Positions 1 through 10,082 of a stretch of DNA of 64,000 nucleotides are shown here, one piece after another. Location of the stretch: IMG/VR virus record IMGVR_UViG_3300033405_000009; one strand, given 5' to 3'. Numbering within the stretch: position 1 is the stretch's first letter; each line of letters opens with the position of its first letter. The DNA comes from a virus. The position numbers were made by a program, and so were the translations under genes. Under the pieces are notes generated by a model, which was given only the letters and a program-made list of their open reading frames with translations, was not told where the DNA came from and did not search any database.

Positions 1-405
1 TCCAAGTAGTCATCAGCTCGGCATTGGAATCACCGATCACGGCTTTTTTGAATCGTTTGGCTCGAGCGAGCTCGAAGAAAATGGCTCCTCCGCCCAGGAA
101 AGGCTCGTAATATGTTTCAATTTGGTCAGGTAGTCTGACCAAGACCCTCCCCGCTACACGAGCTTTACCACCGGCCCATTTGACGAACGGATAGGGAGAT
201 TTTTTGGACACTGGCGACAATACAGTTAGTAGGGATGGGAGGAGTCGAACCTCCGTGTCTTCTTTGCAAAGGTGATCATTCTTTGCTGCATTTTTGGTTT
301 AGAGTGATCAGCTCTATTCCAAAAAAGACCAGGCCTTCGAGAAACCTGTGAGCTGCCGTCTCGCACCCCTATGTAGCGTCATACGTTCGATGGATTCGAA
401 CTTAA

Positions 406-657
406 GTGTTGGCTCTGAGTATGAGCACCCGAGAATCAGGGAATATATCCTTCTTTGAGAAGGGTGTAGAAGATATCTTTAAGAAACTGGAAGGAAATGA
501 TTCTCCTGAGGCGGAAGCGTATCGCCTCAGGGCGGACGCCCTTCGATGCAATGCCCGCAAATGGACTCAGGAAACTCCCATCGAGGACCGAAAGAAGGCT
601 ACCGACGATTTATTTTCATTATTCCGAATCGTGATGGAATCAGGTAATCACCACTAA
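406..657 (+). CDS. hypothetical protein (C-term ..IVMESGNHH)
   Basis: ORF 83 aa; carries VMES motif near C-terminus. Confidence 0.4.
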   Translation: MLALSMSTRESGNISFFEKGVEDIFKKLEGNDSPEAEAYRLRADALRCNARKWTQETPIEDRKKATDDLFSLFRIVMESGNHH

Positions 658-965
658 TTCATCTCGCTGATTACGCGCATGCTCGAAGCGATGTCGTAAA
701 ATTCTGCCTGTTGATCAGCTTCCAGTTGACCGAAAGGCATCAGCCGTGGATCCCGACGTCGATTGACATCCCGAGCCAGCCCGAATACCCACCCTTCGTT
801 GATGGCCGCTCGAGCCCAAGTATCATGGATGCACTTGGCCTGAATGAGTACAGGGACGCTCTTGTCGAGCATCTGCTCTAGACTACGAGGATGAACTTTC
901 GCCAACACCTGATGACGTCTCAGTAGTTCTTCGGCCTCAACGCGCTCCTGTGCTTTCTTGCTCAT
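654..965 (-). CDS. hypothetical protein
   Basis: ORF 103 aa, convergent with 406-657, 4-nt overlap. Confidence 0.45.
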   Translation of the reverse strand: MSKKAQERVEAEELLRRHQVLAKVHPRSLEQMLDKSVPVLIQAKCIHDTWARAAINEGWVFGLARDVNRRRDPRLMPFGQLEADQQAEFYDIASSMRVISEMN

Positions 966-1017
966 AGGTCTAGTTCCATACGGAAATTAAGGGTGAATTT
1001 TTTCCCCTTTATGGGCT

Positions 1018-1431
1018 GTGCCGATTAGGTTTGACCCTATGAGCACAGCCCAATTCACTCTCACGCTCTCTCACACCGGGCTGCTCCCCAACGGGCAGCC
1101 GAACCTTAACGACGTCCTGGTAAACGATTTGGAAACTGGTGGCCAGTTTCAACTTCGGAAAGTCCCGGTTTACGTCCCTGTGGGAGGATCCATTACGTTT
1201 CCTCTAAGCGCCAACGGACTTTTGAGTTATGCCAACGGCGTAATTTCAAAGTTCGTCAGCTCGGGAGTGTTGACTGCTCAACTCTTCATGCAGCCTCCTA
1301 TTTACACGGACGTGACACGACCTGCTGCTACAACTTTTCCAGTTGGGGCAATGATCTATAACACGTCCGATAACGCTCCGAATTACAGTGACGGCACTGC
1401 TTGGCGCGATGCAGCTGGCAATCTGACGTGA
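1018..1431 (+). CDS. hypothetical protein, possible virion/fibre component
   Basis: ORF 137 aa directly upstream of collagen-like gene. Confidence 0.5.
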   Translation: MPIRFDPMSTAQFTLTLSHTGLLPNGQPNLNDVLVNDLETGGQFQLRKVPVYVPVGGSITFPLSANGLLSYANGVISKFVSSGVLTAQLFMQPPIYTDVTRPAATTFPVGAMIYNTSDNAPNYSDGTAWRDAAGNLT

Positions 1432-1444
1432 GGATGAACGGACA

Positions 1445-2080
1445 ATGCCCCTTCTAGTTTACAACCTGACTGGAACTCCGATCACTCTCACCGGGGTCTC
1501 ACCGGCAGTTATCGTTCCTGCTAGTCCAAATCCTCCTGTTCCAGGACCAGCTGAAAATGTCACGGGACATTTGTTTGGACTAACCTTTGCTCAGTATGCG
1601 GCTCTTCAGGCCCAACCTGGTCTACTCTATCGTTGGACCAACCTTCCTGAATTCCCTGTCGGAGGGCTGACAACCTTCAGTTCTCAACCCACGGGTTCTC
1701 CTACAGGGTCGGCAGGTCCGCAAGGTCCTACCGGTCCTATCGGTCCTCAAGGGGCTCAAGGAGCCACCGGCCCCGCTGGAGCTCCACAGGGTTCTCCTGG
1801 TGTGACTGGAGCAACCGGCCCAATTGGTGCTACCGGAGCTCAAGGAGCCACCGGCCCCGCAGGTTCCCCACCATCTGGTGTTACAGGTAATATGTCTGGG
1901 ACTCCAGGATCAATCGTAGTGAACGATTCAAACGTGCTTTCCACGAGCAAAATTCTCTATAGCCGAAAAACGGCTGGTGGAACTTTGGGTGAGGTCAGCA
2001 TTTCTGCACAGTCCAACGGATCGTTTACGTTGCTTTCCACCGGCAACGAAACTTCGAATTTCAACTACGAAATCCGCTAA
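1445..2080 (+). CDS. collagen-like (Gly-X-Y repeat) protein, fibre-like
   Basis: [24 protein letters not shown]... triplet repeats in translation. Confidence 0.6.
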   Translation: MPLLVYNLTGTPITLTGVSPAVIVPASPNPPVPGPAENVTGHLFGLTFAQYAALQAQPGLLYRWTNLPEFPVGGLTTFSSQPTGSPTGSAGPQGPTGPIGPQGAQGATGPAGAPQGSPGVTGATGPIGATGAQGATGPAGSPPSGVTGNMSGTPGSIVVNDSNVLSTSKILYSRKTAGGTLGEVSISAQSNGSFTLLSTGNETSNFNYEIR

Positions 2081-2421
2081 AGACACTGCTGTAGAGCTGT
2101 AGCAGCTAACTGAGAGGGCTCATCAGAGTCCTCTTTAAGTTGCTGTAATAGTTCTCGCAAAAATTTGAATTTCTCGTCAACCGATGCAGTCAGTTTCAAT
2201 TGACTGAATCCGTCGAGTAATCTTCTAACAGCTTGTGTCGTGTTATTCGAGGGCAGTACGGCCAATCGTGCTTGCGTCCTACCGACCCAAAAAGTCTGTG
2301 TCAATACGTTTGACGTAGAGAGATTAGTGAATGGATGAACTCCAGTCTCATGATAAGTGAGATACTTTCTGGCATAAGTCATTGCGAAAGCTTTGATCCA
2401 TTCTTCTTCACTAACATTCAT
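2077..2421 (-). CDS. hypothetical protein
   Basis: ORF 114 aa. Confidence 0.45.
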   Translation of the reverse strand: MNVSEEEWIKAFAMTYARKYLTYHETGVHPFTNLSTSNVLTQTFWVGRTQARLAVLPSNNTTQAVRRLLDGFSQLKLTASVDEKFKFLRELLQQLKEDSDEPSQLAATALQQCL

Positions 2422-2423
2422 AA

Positions 2424-2744
2424 TTATCTACTCGGCGAACAACGAGAAAAATTTCTCTGTCTATGAACCATCCAGCCTCGATCATGAGACACGAGTCCGC
2501 GATAAGCAGTGCTAGGGACTTGAACAGGCCTAGGATCCGGAGCAAGCTCCCGAGAGGCACGCAGAGCGAGAGAGTGTGCGTGAGCTTTTTCGAACTCTTG
2601 CCTCAATCGGATGAGTTCGATTTCTTTGGCAGTCAGTCCATGTGAAATGATTCCATCGTAGAAATTGGACGCAGCTCCGGAAATAGTAATGGTAATGATG
2701 GAGCTAGTATACCCGTAGCTTGAACCTGTACCATCGGGCGGCAT
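2424..2744 (-). CDS. hypothetical protein
   Basis: ORF 106 aa in same-strand run. Confidence 0.3.
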   Translation of the reverse strand: MPPDGTGSSYGYTSSIITITISGAASNFYDGIISHGLTAKEIELIRLRQEFEKAHAHSLALRASRELAPDPRPVQVPSTAYRGLVSHDRGWMVHRQRNFSRCSPSR

Positions 2745-2767
2745 ACATCACATTACTTATTGAAGTT

Positions 2768-3193
2768 TTACATGCTCATAACTTCAGCCACAATAGCCAT
2801 ATTTTCAAGCCACATTCGATTTGCTCCAGGAATCTCAGCAAAACGTCTCATCTGCCCCGCCGATCCGTGTTGGAGCACAATGCTTTGGAATCTCTTTACG
2901 TTGGCACCTTGAATGTCCCGAGCGAATGAGATGGCACACTCTGCATTGTCTGAATGAAGCGCTATCAGCTGCAAGCGCTTAATATCTACACCTTTGCGTC
3001 CACCCCATTGTTTGGCGAACACATAGGCGACCCATTCATTCCGGTAACCGTAACCGTAACCTTGAACGGGTGGTTGACCGGGACGATTGTATCCGGGAGG
3101 AACCCAGTGCTGGTAGGCCGAAGCATCACCGGCCAAAATCGCATTATATTGGGATTGCAATCGCCGCGTCAACGCTGCTTTTTGACGACGCAT
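2768..3193 (-). CDS. hypothetical protein (C-term AEVMSM)
   Basis: ORF 141 aa. Confidence 0.5.
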   Translation of the reverse strand: MRRQKAALTRRLQSQYNAILAGDASAYQHWVPPGYNRPGQPPVQGYGYGYRNEWVAYVFAKQWGGRKGVDIKRLQLIALHSDNAECAISFARDIQGANVKRFQSIVLQHGSAGQMRRFAEIPGANRMWLENMAIVAEVMSM

Positions 3194-3291
3194 GGAACAC
3201 CTCTCTCAAGGCATGGTAGTCTTACTCCTTTGTGAGAGAGGTGAGTTCCCGAGCATGTGATTATTCTACACTCAACAACGTTCGAATGCAA

Positions 3292-3672
3292 TTACCAAGA
3301 AGAATCAATTACAATATCCCGAAGGGGGGTAGAAAGCGAACCAGTATAATGAGTCCCGGAATAATCGGGAGAACCTGATACGACCCAAGTGTCGTACTTT
3401 CCTCCAATGTTGTGATCCATTCCCCGCATTCTGTAGTATATGACGGTCGTAGAACCGGCTGTAATGCCAGCAAGTGACTGTTTCGAAGTAAAAAATGAGA
3501 CACTTGAGTAATCTAATCCTGGTTGCCTATCACCAAAAATAGGCCATCCATACCAACCATTCGATGTTGCTGGAGCTCCACCATTTGCAGTATCTGATTG
3601 AGGGCTAGCAGGAGTGATTTTGCTCTCCGCTCGAATGAAAATATTGGCAATGCCCTGATCTACTGAGGCCAT
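3292..3672 (-). CDS. hypothetical protein
   Basis: ORF 126 aa immediately downstream of fibre-like gene. Confidence 0.5.
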   Translation of the reverse strand: MASVDQGIANIFIRAESKITPASPQSDTANGGAPATSNGWYGWPIFGDRQPGLDYSSVSFFTSKQSLAGITAGSTTVIYYRMRGMDHNIGGKYDTWVVSGSPDYSGTHYTGSLSTPLRDIVIDSSW

Positions 3673-3680
3673 GAATCACC

Positions 3681-5345
3681 TCATTGAACAGGGGTAGTTG
3701 ACCCGTCATACGGCCCGATTACAAGACATGGAGAATAACCTGTAGCTGCTACTGAGACTCCAAGCAGAGATTTAGATTCGAATGTGTCATATGTGTTGCC
3801 GATAGAACTATAGAACAACCATCGGCAACGTCCTTTGTACTGATTCTTGGAGTTAGATACGGAGCTCAATCCGTTCGTATAGATAGCAATAGGTTCTAGA
3901 ATAAGCGGTCTTGTAGTGGCTGGAGAATTGATGATTCTCATCGGGCTCCCGAGAGAGTTTGACGTTCCAATAGCGTAAGTTACATTGCTGATAATATCCA
4001 CTTGGGGCATTGCCGTATATGCATTGAATACATCGAGTGTTCCATTTCCTCGAGATTGATTGCCGAAGAAGTATGGATAGCTTCCATTACGGAGATTAGT
4101 AACTGCAAATGTGTACTGCAAGCTTCCATAGCTATTTTGAGTAGATGAATTAGTAAGCGAGCTATATGAATTGCCATTGCCTGGCACGAGAAATACAAAC
4201 GGATCACAGTCTCCAGGTTCTGTATCATCGAGTCTAAGGAGACCAAAACCTACAGCAACGTTTGTAACTGAGCTATTCGACAGAACAATATAGAATGTTC
4301 CATCTGCACTCACGCCTGTAGCAGGTGTGCAGTTGGTGGCAGCTATTTGAGCATTAGTTTGAAAGCCACTGGTGTAAATAAAGAATCCGGTAGTCGTGGT
4401 ACTGCCGGCAGTACCACGAATTACGATGCCTTTGGACGGGAATCCGTTGCTGGTACCACCCATTCCAGGTCCGACTGCGGCTGTACAACCTGTTTGAGAG
4501 GCAAGGCTCGAGAACAATTGGGTGCTTTCGCCGGAAGCATCGAAACACCCGTAATAAATAGTGCCGCTAGTTTGTGAAGTATCTTTGAAAAACATCACCT
4601 CACGGTTGTAAGTGACGATCGTTCCAGTGGGGGAGAAAGTCGCTCCGCTGGTGCTACCCGTGATTGTGTGAGTATTGTCGAATGTTCCAGTATGCGGTAG
4701 AACTGCCATCCATCCAGAACTTCCTACGGAGTCCCAGACGTAGCCCATCAATTCGCCTTCAGCAGAGCTGGTAGCTTGTGTAATGGTTTCACCACGGAGA
4801 GGTGTTCCCGTGGGAGCAGCGCTAATCGGGATTTTTTGAGTTTGAGGACCACTTAGGACGATCCATGCGTCCACGGTATCGAGCCCGATAGTTGTAGCAC
4901 CAATAGTGGTTTGTGCTACGGGGGTTCCAGAAACCCATGTGCCAGTTCCGCCCGTGCAACCCGTTAGTTGATTTCCACCGCTAGTACCGGTATAATTGAC
5001 CGTTTGCCAGCCATTTGCAGCTGTTAGAATTGATACATATCCAGAAGCGCTAAAAGAAGAAGTAGATGAGACATTGATGCTGAAAGTACCCGTTAATGTA
5101 CCAGTTCCTGTAGTGGCAGTAGATGTATTGGTATATGAATCTGTAGTGGGATCAGATGCTCCACCCCAAATATCATTAGCAGCTGTTCCACTAGTATCTT
5201 TAGTGCCAGCAGAAGCTCCGGCACCGCTGGCTTTATAAGTCCAGCCAGCGGCCTTCATCGTTCGTGTCAATTTCCAGAGCGTTGCGAAAACGTTAGTAGC
5301 GCTCGGGATCGCGAAATTTGTGGCGTATTTAGTTGCCATAGCCAA
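3681..5345 (-). CDS. Ser/Thr/Gly-rich fibre or adhesin-like protein
   Basis: 554 aa, long low-complexity T/S/G tracts typical of tail fibres or receptor-binding proteins; no motif-level ID. Confidence 0.55.
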   Translation of the reverse strand: MAMATKYATNFAIPSATNVFATLWKLTRTMKAAGWTYKASGAGASAGTKDTSGTAANDIWGGASDPTTDSYTNTSTATTGTGTLTGTFSINVSSTSSFSASGYVSILTAANGWQTVNYTGTSGGNQLTGCTGGTGTWVSGTPVAQTTIGATTIGLDTVDAWIVLSGPQTQKIPISAAPTGTPLRGETITQATSSAEGELMGYVWDSVGSSGWMAVLPHTGTFDNTHTITGSTSGATFSPTGTIVTYNREVMFFKDTSQTSGTIYYGCFDASGESTQLFSSLASQTGCTAAVGPGMGGTSNGFPSKGIVIRGTAGSTTTTGFFIYTSGFQTNAQIAATNCTPATGVSADGTFYIVLSNSSVTNVAVGFGLLRLDDTEPGDCDPFVFLVPGNGNSYSSLTNSSTQNSYGSLQYTFAVTNLRNGSYPYFFGNQSRGNGTLDVFNAYTAMPQVDIISNVTYAIGTSNSLGSPMRIINSPATTRPLILEPIAIYTNGLSSVSNSKNQYKGRCRWLFYSSIGNTYDTFESKSLLGVSVAATGYSPCLVIGPYDGSTTPVQ

Positions 5346-5358
5346 TCGCTACGGCTCA

Positions 5359-5862
5359 TTAGGCGCTCAATACCTCCCCAATGATGATTTGACGAATGGC
5401 GTCGAGTATCGCTTCCGCATTAATAGACTCGAGATCCCCTTCGAGCTCAATTTTCGGCTCGGCGATTCCGGTCATTGAAATGACCACATTTCCATCTTTA
5501 GAAATCGCGGCTGAATACATATGTCCGAGACCGCGACGGCCACGATCCATTTCAAACCGGAAAGTGCAGGTTTGTGGGATCCAACGCCCCGGTTTGAATT
5601 TAGCAGGACGTCCCCACGAGGAATATTTTTCAACCGGAACCGGAAGAATTTCAACCAGTCCTCCTCGTTGCTCCAAGTTCAAATCTCGGAGAAAGGGATC
5701 ATTAGTGGATTTCCACCGAATTTCTCTTAGAACTTCCTTCAGATACGCCAAAGCAGCGTCCTGACGGAAGATAAACCATTCCTCGACAGCCAGCGTTGTG
5801 CCCATAGACGAACCTCGTTGAACTGAGGTTCCGGGCGGGCCGCGGATGGGAGGAAGAGTCAT
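5359..5862 (-). CDS. hypothetical protein
   Basis: ORF 167 aa. Confidence 0.5.
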   Translation of the reverse strand: MTLPPIRGPPGTSVQRGSSMGTTLAVEEWFIFRQDAALAYLKEVLREIRWKSTNDPFLRDLNLEQRGGLVEILPVPVEKYSSWGRPAKFKPGRWIPQTCTFRFEMDRGRRGLGHMYSAAISKDGNVVISMTGIAEPKIELEGDLESINAEAILDAIRQIIIGEVLSA

Positions 5863-5897
5863 TCGCAGAGCGTGGAGAGGTATTGAGGAAAGCTTGG

Positions 5898-5968
5898 CTC
5901 CGGCGCAGGGAATCGAACCCCGATTCGAAGATTCAAAGTCTTCTGTCCTGCCGTTGAACGACGCCGGA
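5898..5968 (-). tRNA. tRNA-Gln(UUG)
   Basis: acceptor pairing tccggcg/cgccgga, T-arm GGGAATCGAACCC, anticodon loop rc CTTTGAA. Confidence 0.6.
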
Positions 5969-5988
5969 ATACCGGCTACTTTACAATT

Positions 5989-6063
5989 TGGAGCCCCCTG
6001 TCAGAGTCGAACTGACCTTTCCAGTTTACAAGTCTGGTACATCGCCACCAATGTTTAGAGGGC
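5989..6063 (-). tRNA. tRNA-Thr(UGU)
   Basis: encoded CCA (TGG on plus), acceptor gccccct/agagggc with G-U, loop rc CTTGTAA. Confidence 0.5.
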
Positions 6064-6068
6064 AAATT

Positions 6069-6482
6069 TTACGGTCTTGTACGTCCAAGGATCTCGAGAG
6101 CTTCATTTACGTCAATGTCTCGAAGTCCATACTTTGAAGACACTCTGACTTGATAAGCTTCGAAGCCTGTAAGCTTGATGTCATCCAGGACGACATACCT
6201 TTCAAAAGGCCCTTTCGCCGCAATGGTCTCGAGAATACGCTTTACGCGGTTATCGTCGTAAATCGCGTAGCCCCCGAATCGGCCTTTGAACCCAGCTCTA
6301 TGAAGGCATTCTGCTGTTGTCTCCTCAGACAGTTCTAACATCCAGAGAGAATGAATATAGAAAGCCACATCAGGAGCAGCCAGCCGATTAGCGATGGTGA
6401 CTAAATCTGGATCCAAATGTCCGGGTCTAAAGTCCCCACCACGGTTCAAAACTCCGTCAAGATCTAGGAAAATAGCTTTCAT
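6069..6482 (-). CDS. HAD-superfamily hydrolase/phosphatase-like
   Basis: N-terminal FLDLDGVL (HAD motif I DxDGx) and VVLDD motif. Confidence 0.55.
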   Translation of the reverse strand: MKAIFLDLDGVLNRGGDFRPGHLDPDLVTIANRLAAPDVAFYIHSLWMLELSEETTAECLHRAGFKGRFGGYAIYDDNRVKRILETIAAKGPFERYVVLDDIKLTGFEAYQVRVSSKYGLRDIDVNEALEILGRTRP

Positions 6483-6778
6483 TTTCGCGCCGGAGTCTTC
6501 TCTCCTTGGAATTTTACGTCAAGTCCTTTAATGAACTGATCAATATCTTCTTCCTCGGGAAGATCAAACTCACCTGCCTTGATCTTACGAATCAAGACGT
6601 CTGCTTTATTCTTGATGAATTGAAGAGCTAGATCGATTCGTTTAGGATCTTTCAATTTGAGAGCATCTTCGAACTTCTCTCGAAGCAGATACCCGTCCTC
6701 AGATTCCCACACATTTTTCAGAACCGGCTCTGGACAATCGAGAGCGAGAATCTGACGGGCAATCCTATGGAAATTCAC
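6479..6778 (-). CDS. hypothetical protein
   Basis: ORF 99 aa, start overlaps upstream gene stop. Confidence 0.5.
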   Translation of the reverse strand: MNFHRIARQILALDCPEPVLKNVWESEDGYLLREKFEDALKLKDPKRIDLALQFIKNKADVLIRKIKAGEFDLPEEEDIDQFIKGLDVKFQGEKTPARK

Positions 6779-7029
6779 AATGAACAGGCCTAGAAAAACC
6801 CTAGTTTAGTAGGGTTTTGGGTGGGATCTTTACATTTTTGGGAGAAACTTCCAGATCTAGTCTCTAGCCCAGAATTCATATCTCCATCCAAAAGCGATGT
6901 TTGGATGTGTGCAAAATGCAATCAAATTATCCTATCTGGAATTGGACAACCTGTCGATCCAGAATTGAACGATTCTTTCCTATTGAAGACTGCGACACTG
7001 CAATAGTGAAATTCATCATGGAAAACTAG

Positions 7030-7114
7030 CGGAACCATCTGGAGTCGAACCAGGACCTTTTACAGCCACCTGATTAGCAGTCAGGCGTAGAGACCTCCTC
7101 TACTTATGGTTCCA
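7030..7114 (-). tRNA. tRNA-Ser(GCU), type II
   Basis: acceptor ggaacca/tggttcc, T-arm tctgg-agtcgaa-ccagg, anticodon stem cctga/tcagg, long variable arm. Confidence 0.6.
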
Positions 7115-7118
7115 TTGC

Positions 7119-7195
7119 GGCAAGAATAGGAATCGAACCCGACCTTTCGGCAGTCCTAGTTTTCGGAACTAGCGCGGATGCCTTACCGCCTTTCT
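7119..7195 (-). tRNA. tRNA-Ser(CGA)-like, imperfect T-stem
   Basis: acceptor ggcaaga/tcttgcc, anticodon stem ctagt/actag loop rc TCCGAAA; T-stem only 3/5 paired. Confidence 0.35.
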
Positions 7196-7207
7196 TGCCA
7201 AACTCTT

Positions 7208-7291
7208 GCGGATGGGGAGGGATTCGAACCCCCGGTGGGTTGTCCACGGCGATTTTCAAGACCGCTGCCTTAAGCCTCTCAGCCACCCATC
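7208..7291 (-). tRNA. tRNA-Ser(UGA), type II
   Basis: acceptor ggatggg/cccatcc, T-loop attcgaa, anticodon loop rc CTTGAAA. Confidence 0.6.
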
Positions 7292-7326
7292 CATTACGAT
7301 TCGAGAACTTGTTGAAACGATCCGGG

Positions 7327-7408
7327 CGGAGAGTAGAGGAATCGAACCTCTGACCTTTCGGTCCCCCTCGCTTTCCAAGCGAGTTACCAACCTTCAGTGG
7401 TACTCTCC
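7327..7408 (-). tRNA. tRNA-Ser(GGA), type II
   Basis: acceptor ggagagt/actctcc, T-arm agagg-aatcgaa-cctct, loop rc TTGGAAA. Confidence 0.65.
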
Positions 7409-7784
7409 ATTAACTCATCATTACGAAAAAAACCAAACAACCTCGATTTCGACATTCATGCCAGTCGCGTCCATGTTGACAGATTTTGCCCTGTCTCATC
7501 AACATTTGTTGACAGTTAGAGCATCGTCTGAGAGTTCGCTGTTTAGGCTTGCACCAATAGTCCCTATTACAGTTCTTGCATTTACGTTTGCAAGACTTGG
7601 TGCAAGACTTCTTCGTCGCAGTTCGGGAGATCACGTACGTTATGAGGATGTTCTGCGGCTTCATGAATGGTGCGAGAAATACCGCACCGTTTACAGGTCC
7701 AAGTCCACCATTCAAAATTATTAGCTTTTGGTGGGTTGGTCCAATCGTGCGTTCGCGCGTTATGCCATTCTTTACTTAGCTCCA

Positions 7785-7861
7785 TTGGTCGGAATGGCCG
7801 GACTCGAACCGACGACCCTCTGTCCCCCAGACAGATGCGCTACCAGACTGCGCCACATTCC
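7785..7861 (-). tRNA. tRNA-Pro(GGG)
   Basis: CCA encoded, acceptor cggaatg/cattccg, loop rc CTGGGGG. Confidence 0.5.
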
Positions 7862-7896
7862 GATTGATGGCCCGTATGCCGCCGGGCCCACGCGGA

Positions 7897-8415
7897 TTAG
7901 GACACGCTCTGTCCGAGCCATGAAGCCCAGTCAGGGTGTGCCGTGCGAGGATCGATTCTGGCCGAAGATAACGGCAGGGACTTCGGCTTCACCGGCCTCG
8001 AGAGCAGCCTCATGCCGGCCTCTTCCGGGGTCCGGTCGCGCTTACGCTCGTTGCAGCCGTAGCAAGACGTCACGATGTTCTCCCAGACCGTCTTGCCGCC
8101 CTGCTTGCGCGGGACCACATGGTCGTAGTTGAGCTCGTGCGCTTCCTTGTGAGAACCGCAGTATTGACACCGAAACCCGTCCCTCGTGAGGACGTTCAGG
8201 CGCGAGAACTTGACTGCACGCTTGACGCTGTTGATGACTCTCTTGAGTCGCACGACGGCCGGCATCTTCATGCTGACAGACGGCGAGCAAATGGTTTCAT
8301 CGTACTCCTGCAGAACCTCCACGTCGCCCGTGTAGAGCATCGTGATTGCCTTCTGCCAAGGCACGACCTTATGCGGAGCGCACCAGGGAGTGAGGAGGAG
8401 CGTCTGCGTGTTCAT
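7897..8415 (-). CDS. HNH homing endonuclease
   Basis: YDHVVPRKQGGKTVWENIVTSCYGCNERK HNH motif. Confidence 0.7.
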   Translation of the reverse strand: MNTQTLLLTPWCAPHKVVPWQKAITMLYTGDVEVLQEYDETICSPSVSMKMPAVVRLKRVINSVKRAVKFSRLNVLTRDGFRCQYCGSHKEAHELNYDHVVPRKQGGKTVWENIVTSCYGCNERKRDRTPEEAGMRLLSRPVKPKSLPLSSARIDPRTAHPDWASWLGQSVS

Positions 8416-8496
8416 AGTTCACCTTCGCCTTCGCTTTGAGTATCGCATGTTACTATTCTCCGGTTAGAACTTACAGCCGAAACTGTAAGATGAGGA

Positions 8497-8844
8497 ATGG
8501 CCCGAAAGCCGAAAGGTTATCGAACTTTGTCCGTTGATGGGTGCCAGTTCTTTTGGCGCCTTACCCCACAACGCTATGAATGGGAGACGAACAAAGAGCG
8601 TGGGTATGTGAAAGTGGTCCCTGCTGGAGAAGTCAGCAGGCTTGAGGTCGAACTCTCTTGGCAGTACGGCGACTGTGTCACTCCAAGTGATATGGAGGCT
8701 CTCATCCGCGTGGCGCTCGAGAAATGGGATCCGAAAACCCGAGGGACTTTCAGAATGCCCGAAACTCCAGTCACAAAACTGATGACCGTACGACGGAAAG
8801 AGGTGGAAGACCTTCGAGCGATCGCAGAAGTGATGCTTTCTTAG
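8497..8844 (+). CDS. hypothetical protein (C-term AEVMLS)
   Basis: ORF 115 aa. Confidence 0.5.
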   Translation: MARKPKGYRTLSVDGCQFFWRLTPQRYEWETNKERGYVKVVPAGEVSRLEVELSWQYGDCVTPSDMEALIRVALEKWDPKTRGTFRMPETPVTKLMTVRRKEVEDLRAIAEVMLS

Positions 8845-9116
8845 GATTCCATCACTTCTTTAACTGCTTCCATTCCGAAGTGTTCACGAACGATTTCGCC
8901 CATTTCGAGTGCCAAAGCTTCCAGCATCACAATATGACTTTGGCTCAGAACGCCGTTCGCGTCCTCAGACGTCATTACCAGATGGACTCGACCTTTCGCG
9001 AATCCGATGGTCACTAGAACTGGTCGGTAGGCTGTGTCATAGCCCGTACCTTCGAAATGCCCGTGTTTGTTCTTGAACGGAATAGCGATTTCGCGAGGGT
9101 CCTGAGCCATGCGCAT
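8841..9116 (-). CDS. hypothetical protein (C-term KEVMES)
   Basis: ORF 91 aa, convergent with 8497-8844. Confidence 0.5.
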   Translation of the reverse strand: MRMAQDPREIAIPFKNKHGHFEGTGYDTAYRPVLVTIGFAKGRVHLVMTSEDANGVLSQSHIVMLEALALEMGEIVREHFGMEAVKEVMES

Positions 9117-9143
9117 TCATACGCGCGAAGGTTTAGGATTTAC

Positions 9144-9227
9144 TGGTACGAGGGATGGGACTTGAACCCACAAAGAGACCGATTTTGAGCCGGCAGGCTG
9201 TGCCATTCGCCATTACTCCACCCTCGC
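9144..9227 (-). tRNA. tRNA-Leu(CAA), type II
   Basis: CCA encoded, T-arm atggg-acttgaa-cccac, loop rc CTCAAAA. Confidence 0.55.
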
Positions 9228-9242
9228 GTGATGAAACTCAGT

Positions 9243-9320
9243 AGGCCCGAGGGGACTCGAACCCCCAAAGGAACGGATTTTAAGTCCGCAAGCTGTGCCA
9301 TTTGCTACTATCCCACAGGC
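9243..9320 (-). tRNA. tRNA-Leu(UAA)-like (acceptor pairing unresolved)
   Basis: T-arm agggg-actcgaa-ccccc, anticodon stem gcgga/tccgt loop rc CTTAAAA; 5' acceptor partner not found. Confidence 0.35.
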
Positions 9321-9338
9321 CCATGCAGAACTCTACAG

Positions 9339-9420
9339 TGTCGACGAGAGGAATCGAACCTCCACGGTTGTTAACCACAAGCACCTCAAGCTTGAGCGGC
9401 TGCCATTACGCCACGTCGAC
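9339..9420 (-). tRNA. tRNA-Leu(GAG), type II
   Basis: acceptor gtcgacg/cgtcgac, anticodon stem caagc/gcttg loop rc TTGAGGT. Confidence 0.55.
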
Positions 9421-9434
9421 GTGAACTTCTCAGT

Positions 9435-9467
9435 CCGACAGATGGGACTCGAACCCACAACTTCTAG
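9435..9467 (-). other. orphan tRNA 3' fragment (T-arm plus acceptor 3' strand only)
   Basis: atggg-actcgaa-cccac T-arm with no room for 5' half before next tRNA. Confidence 0.35.
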
Positions 9468-9552
9468 TGTCCTCAGAGGGAGTCGAACCCTCATTGCCCA
9501 TTTAAGGGCCCAGGTTCTCAGCCTGGTGTGTCTGCCATTCCACCATGAGGAC
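9468..9552 (-). tRNA. tRNA-Leu(GAG)-like, type II
   Basis: acceptor gtcctca/tgaggac, perfect T-stem gaggg/ccctc, anticodon stem ccagg/cctgg loop rc CTGAGAA. Confidence 0.55.
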
Positions 9553-9707
9553 GTTATTCTTCCATGATCTTCTTACAAAGCTCGATATCGCAGTCAACAT
9601 CGGCTGCATACATTTGCGGTTTGTGACCAGGAGCCCATCCAACTCCTTCGCATCCGCAACGAACACACTTCCAAATATCTTCTCTAGCTGCATCTTTGCG
9701 ACCTGTG

Positions 9708-10028
9708 TCAATCCATTGATGGCGCGTCATCGAATTCTTCTATGAGCAAATCCCACCAGGCAAACCATTTCGCGCAATTGCAGTCTTTCAAAACTACAAT
9801 TCGAGCGTGGAATGCACAAGCAGGACAAGGGACATGATCGAATCCTGGTCGGTATTTTTCGACTAATTTAAGATACTGAGCTCGAATTGATTTTCCCGAC
9901 CAAAATCGCCATATTGAGATGAACCATAAGATGCAACAAGGGCGAATACCAGAGTGCCTCCCACAGTAAATTTCATGGAGCCTATGGATCATCGGTCTCA
10001 TGGTGCTCTCGGCGGGAGTCGAACCCAC
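9708..10028 (-). CDS. hypothetical Cys-containing protein
   Basis: ORF 106 aa. Confidence 0.4.
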   Translation of the reverse strand: MGSTPAESTMRPMIHRLHEIYCGRHSGIRPCCILWFISIWRFWSGKSIRAQYLKLVEKYRPGFDHVPCPACAFHARIVVLKDCNCAKWFAWWDLLIEEFDDAPSMD

Positions 10029-10076
10029 AAACCCGGCTTCTGAGACCGGTTCCGTTGCCAGTTAGGATACGAGAGC
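10001..10076 (-). tRNA. tRNA (anticodon CAG, type I length; identity uncertain)
   Basis: CCA encoded, acceptor gctctcg/cgagagc, T-arm gcggg-agtcgaa-cccac. Confidence 0.45.
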
Positions 10077-10082
10077 AGAAAT

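Noticed and set aside
7206-7785. ORFs 7206-7724(+), 7410-7715(-), 7582-7785(-) and similar ORFs across 12524-12838, 16499-16837 and 23035-24610
   Set aside because: They overlap densely packed tRNA genes and tRNA-like RNAs. No coding signal beyond chance.
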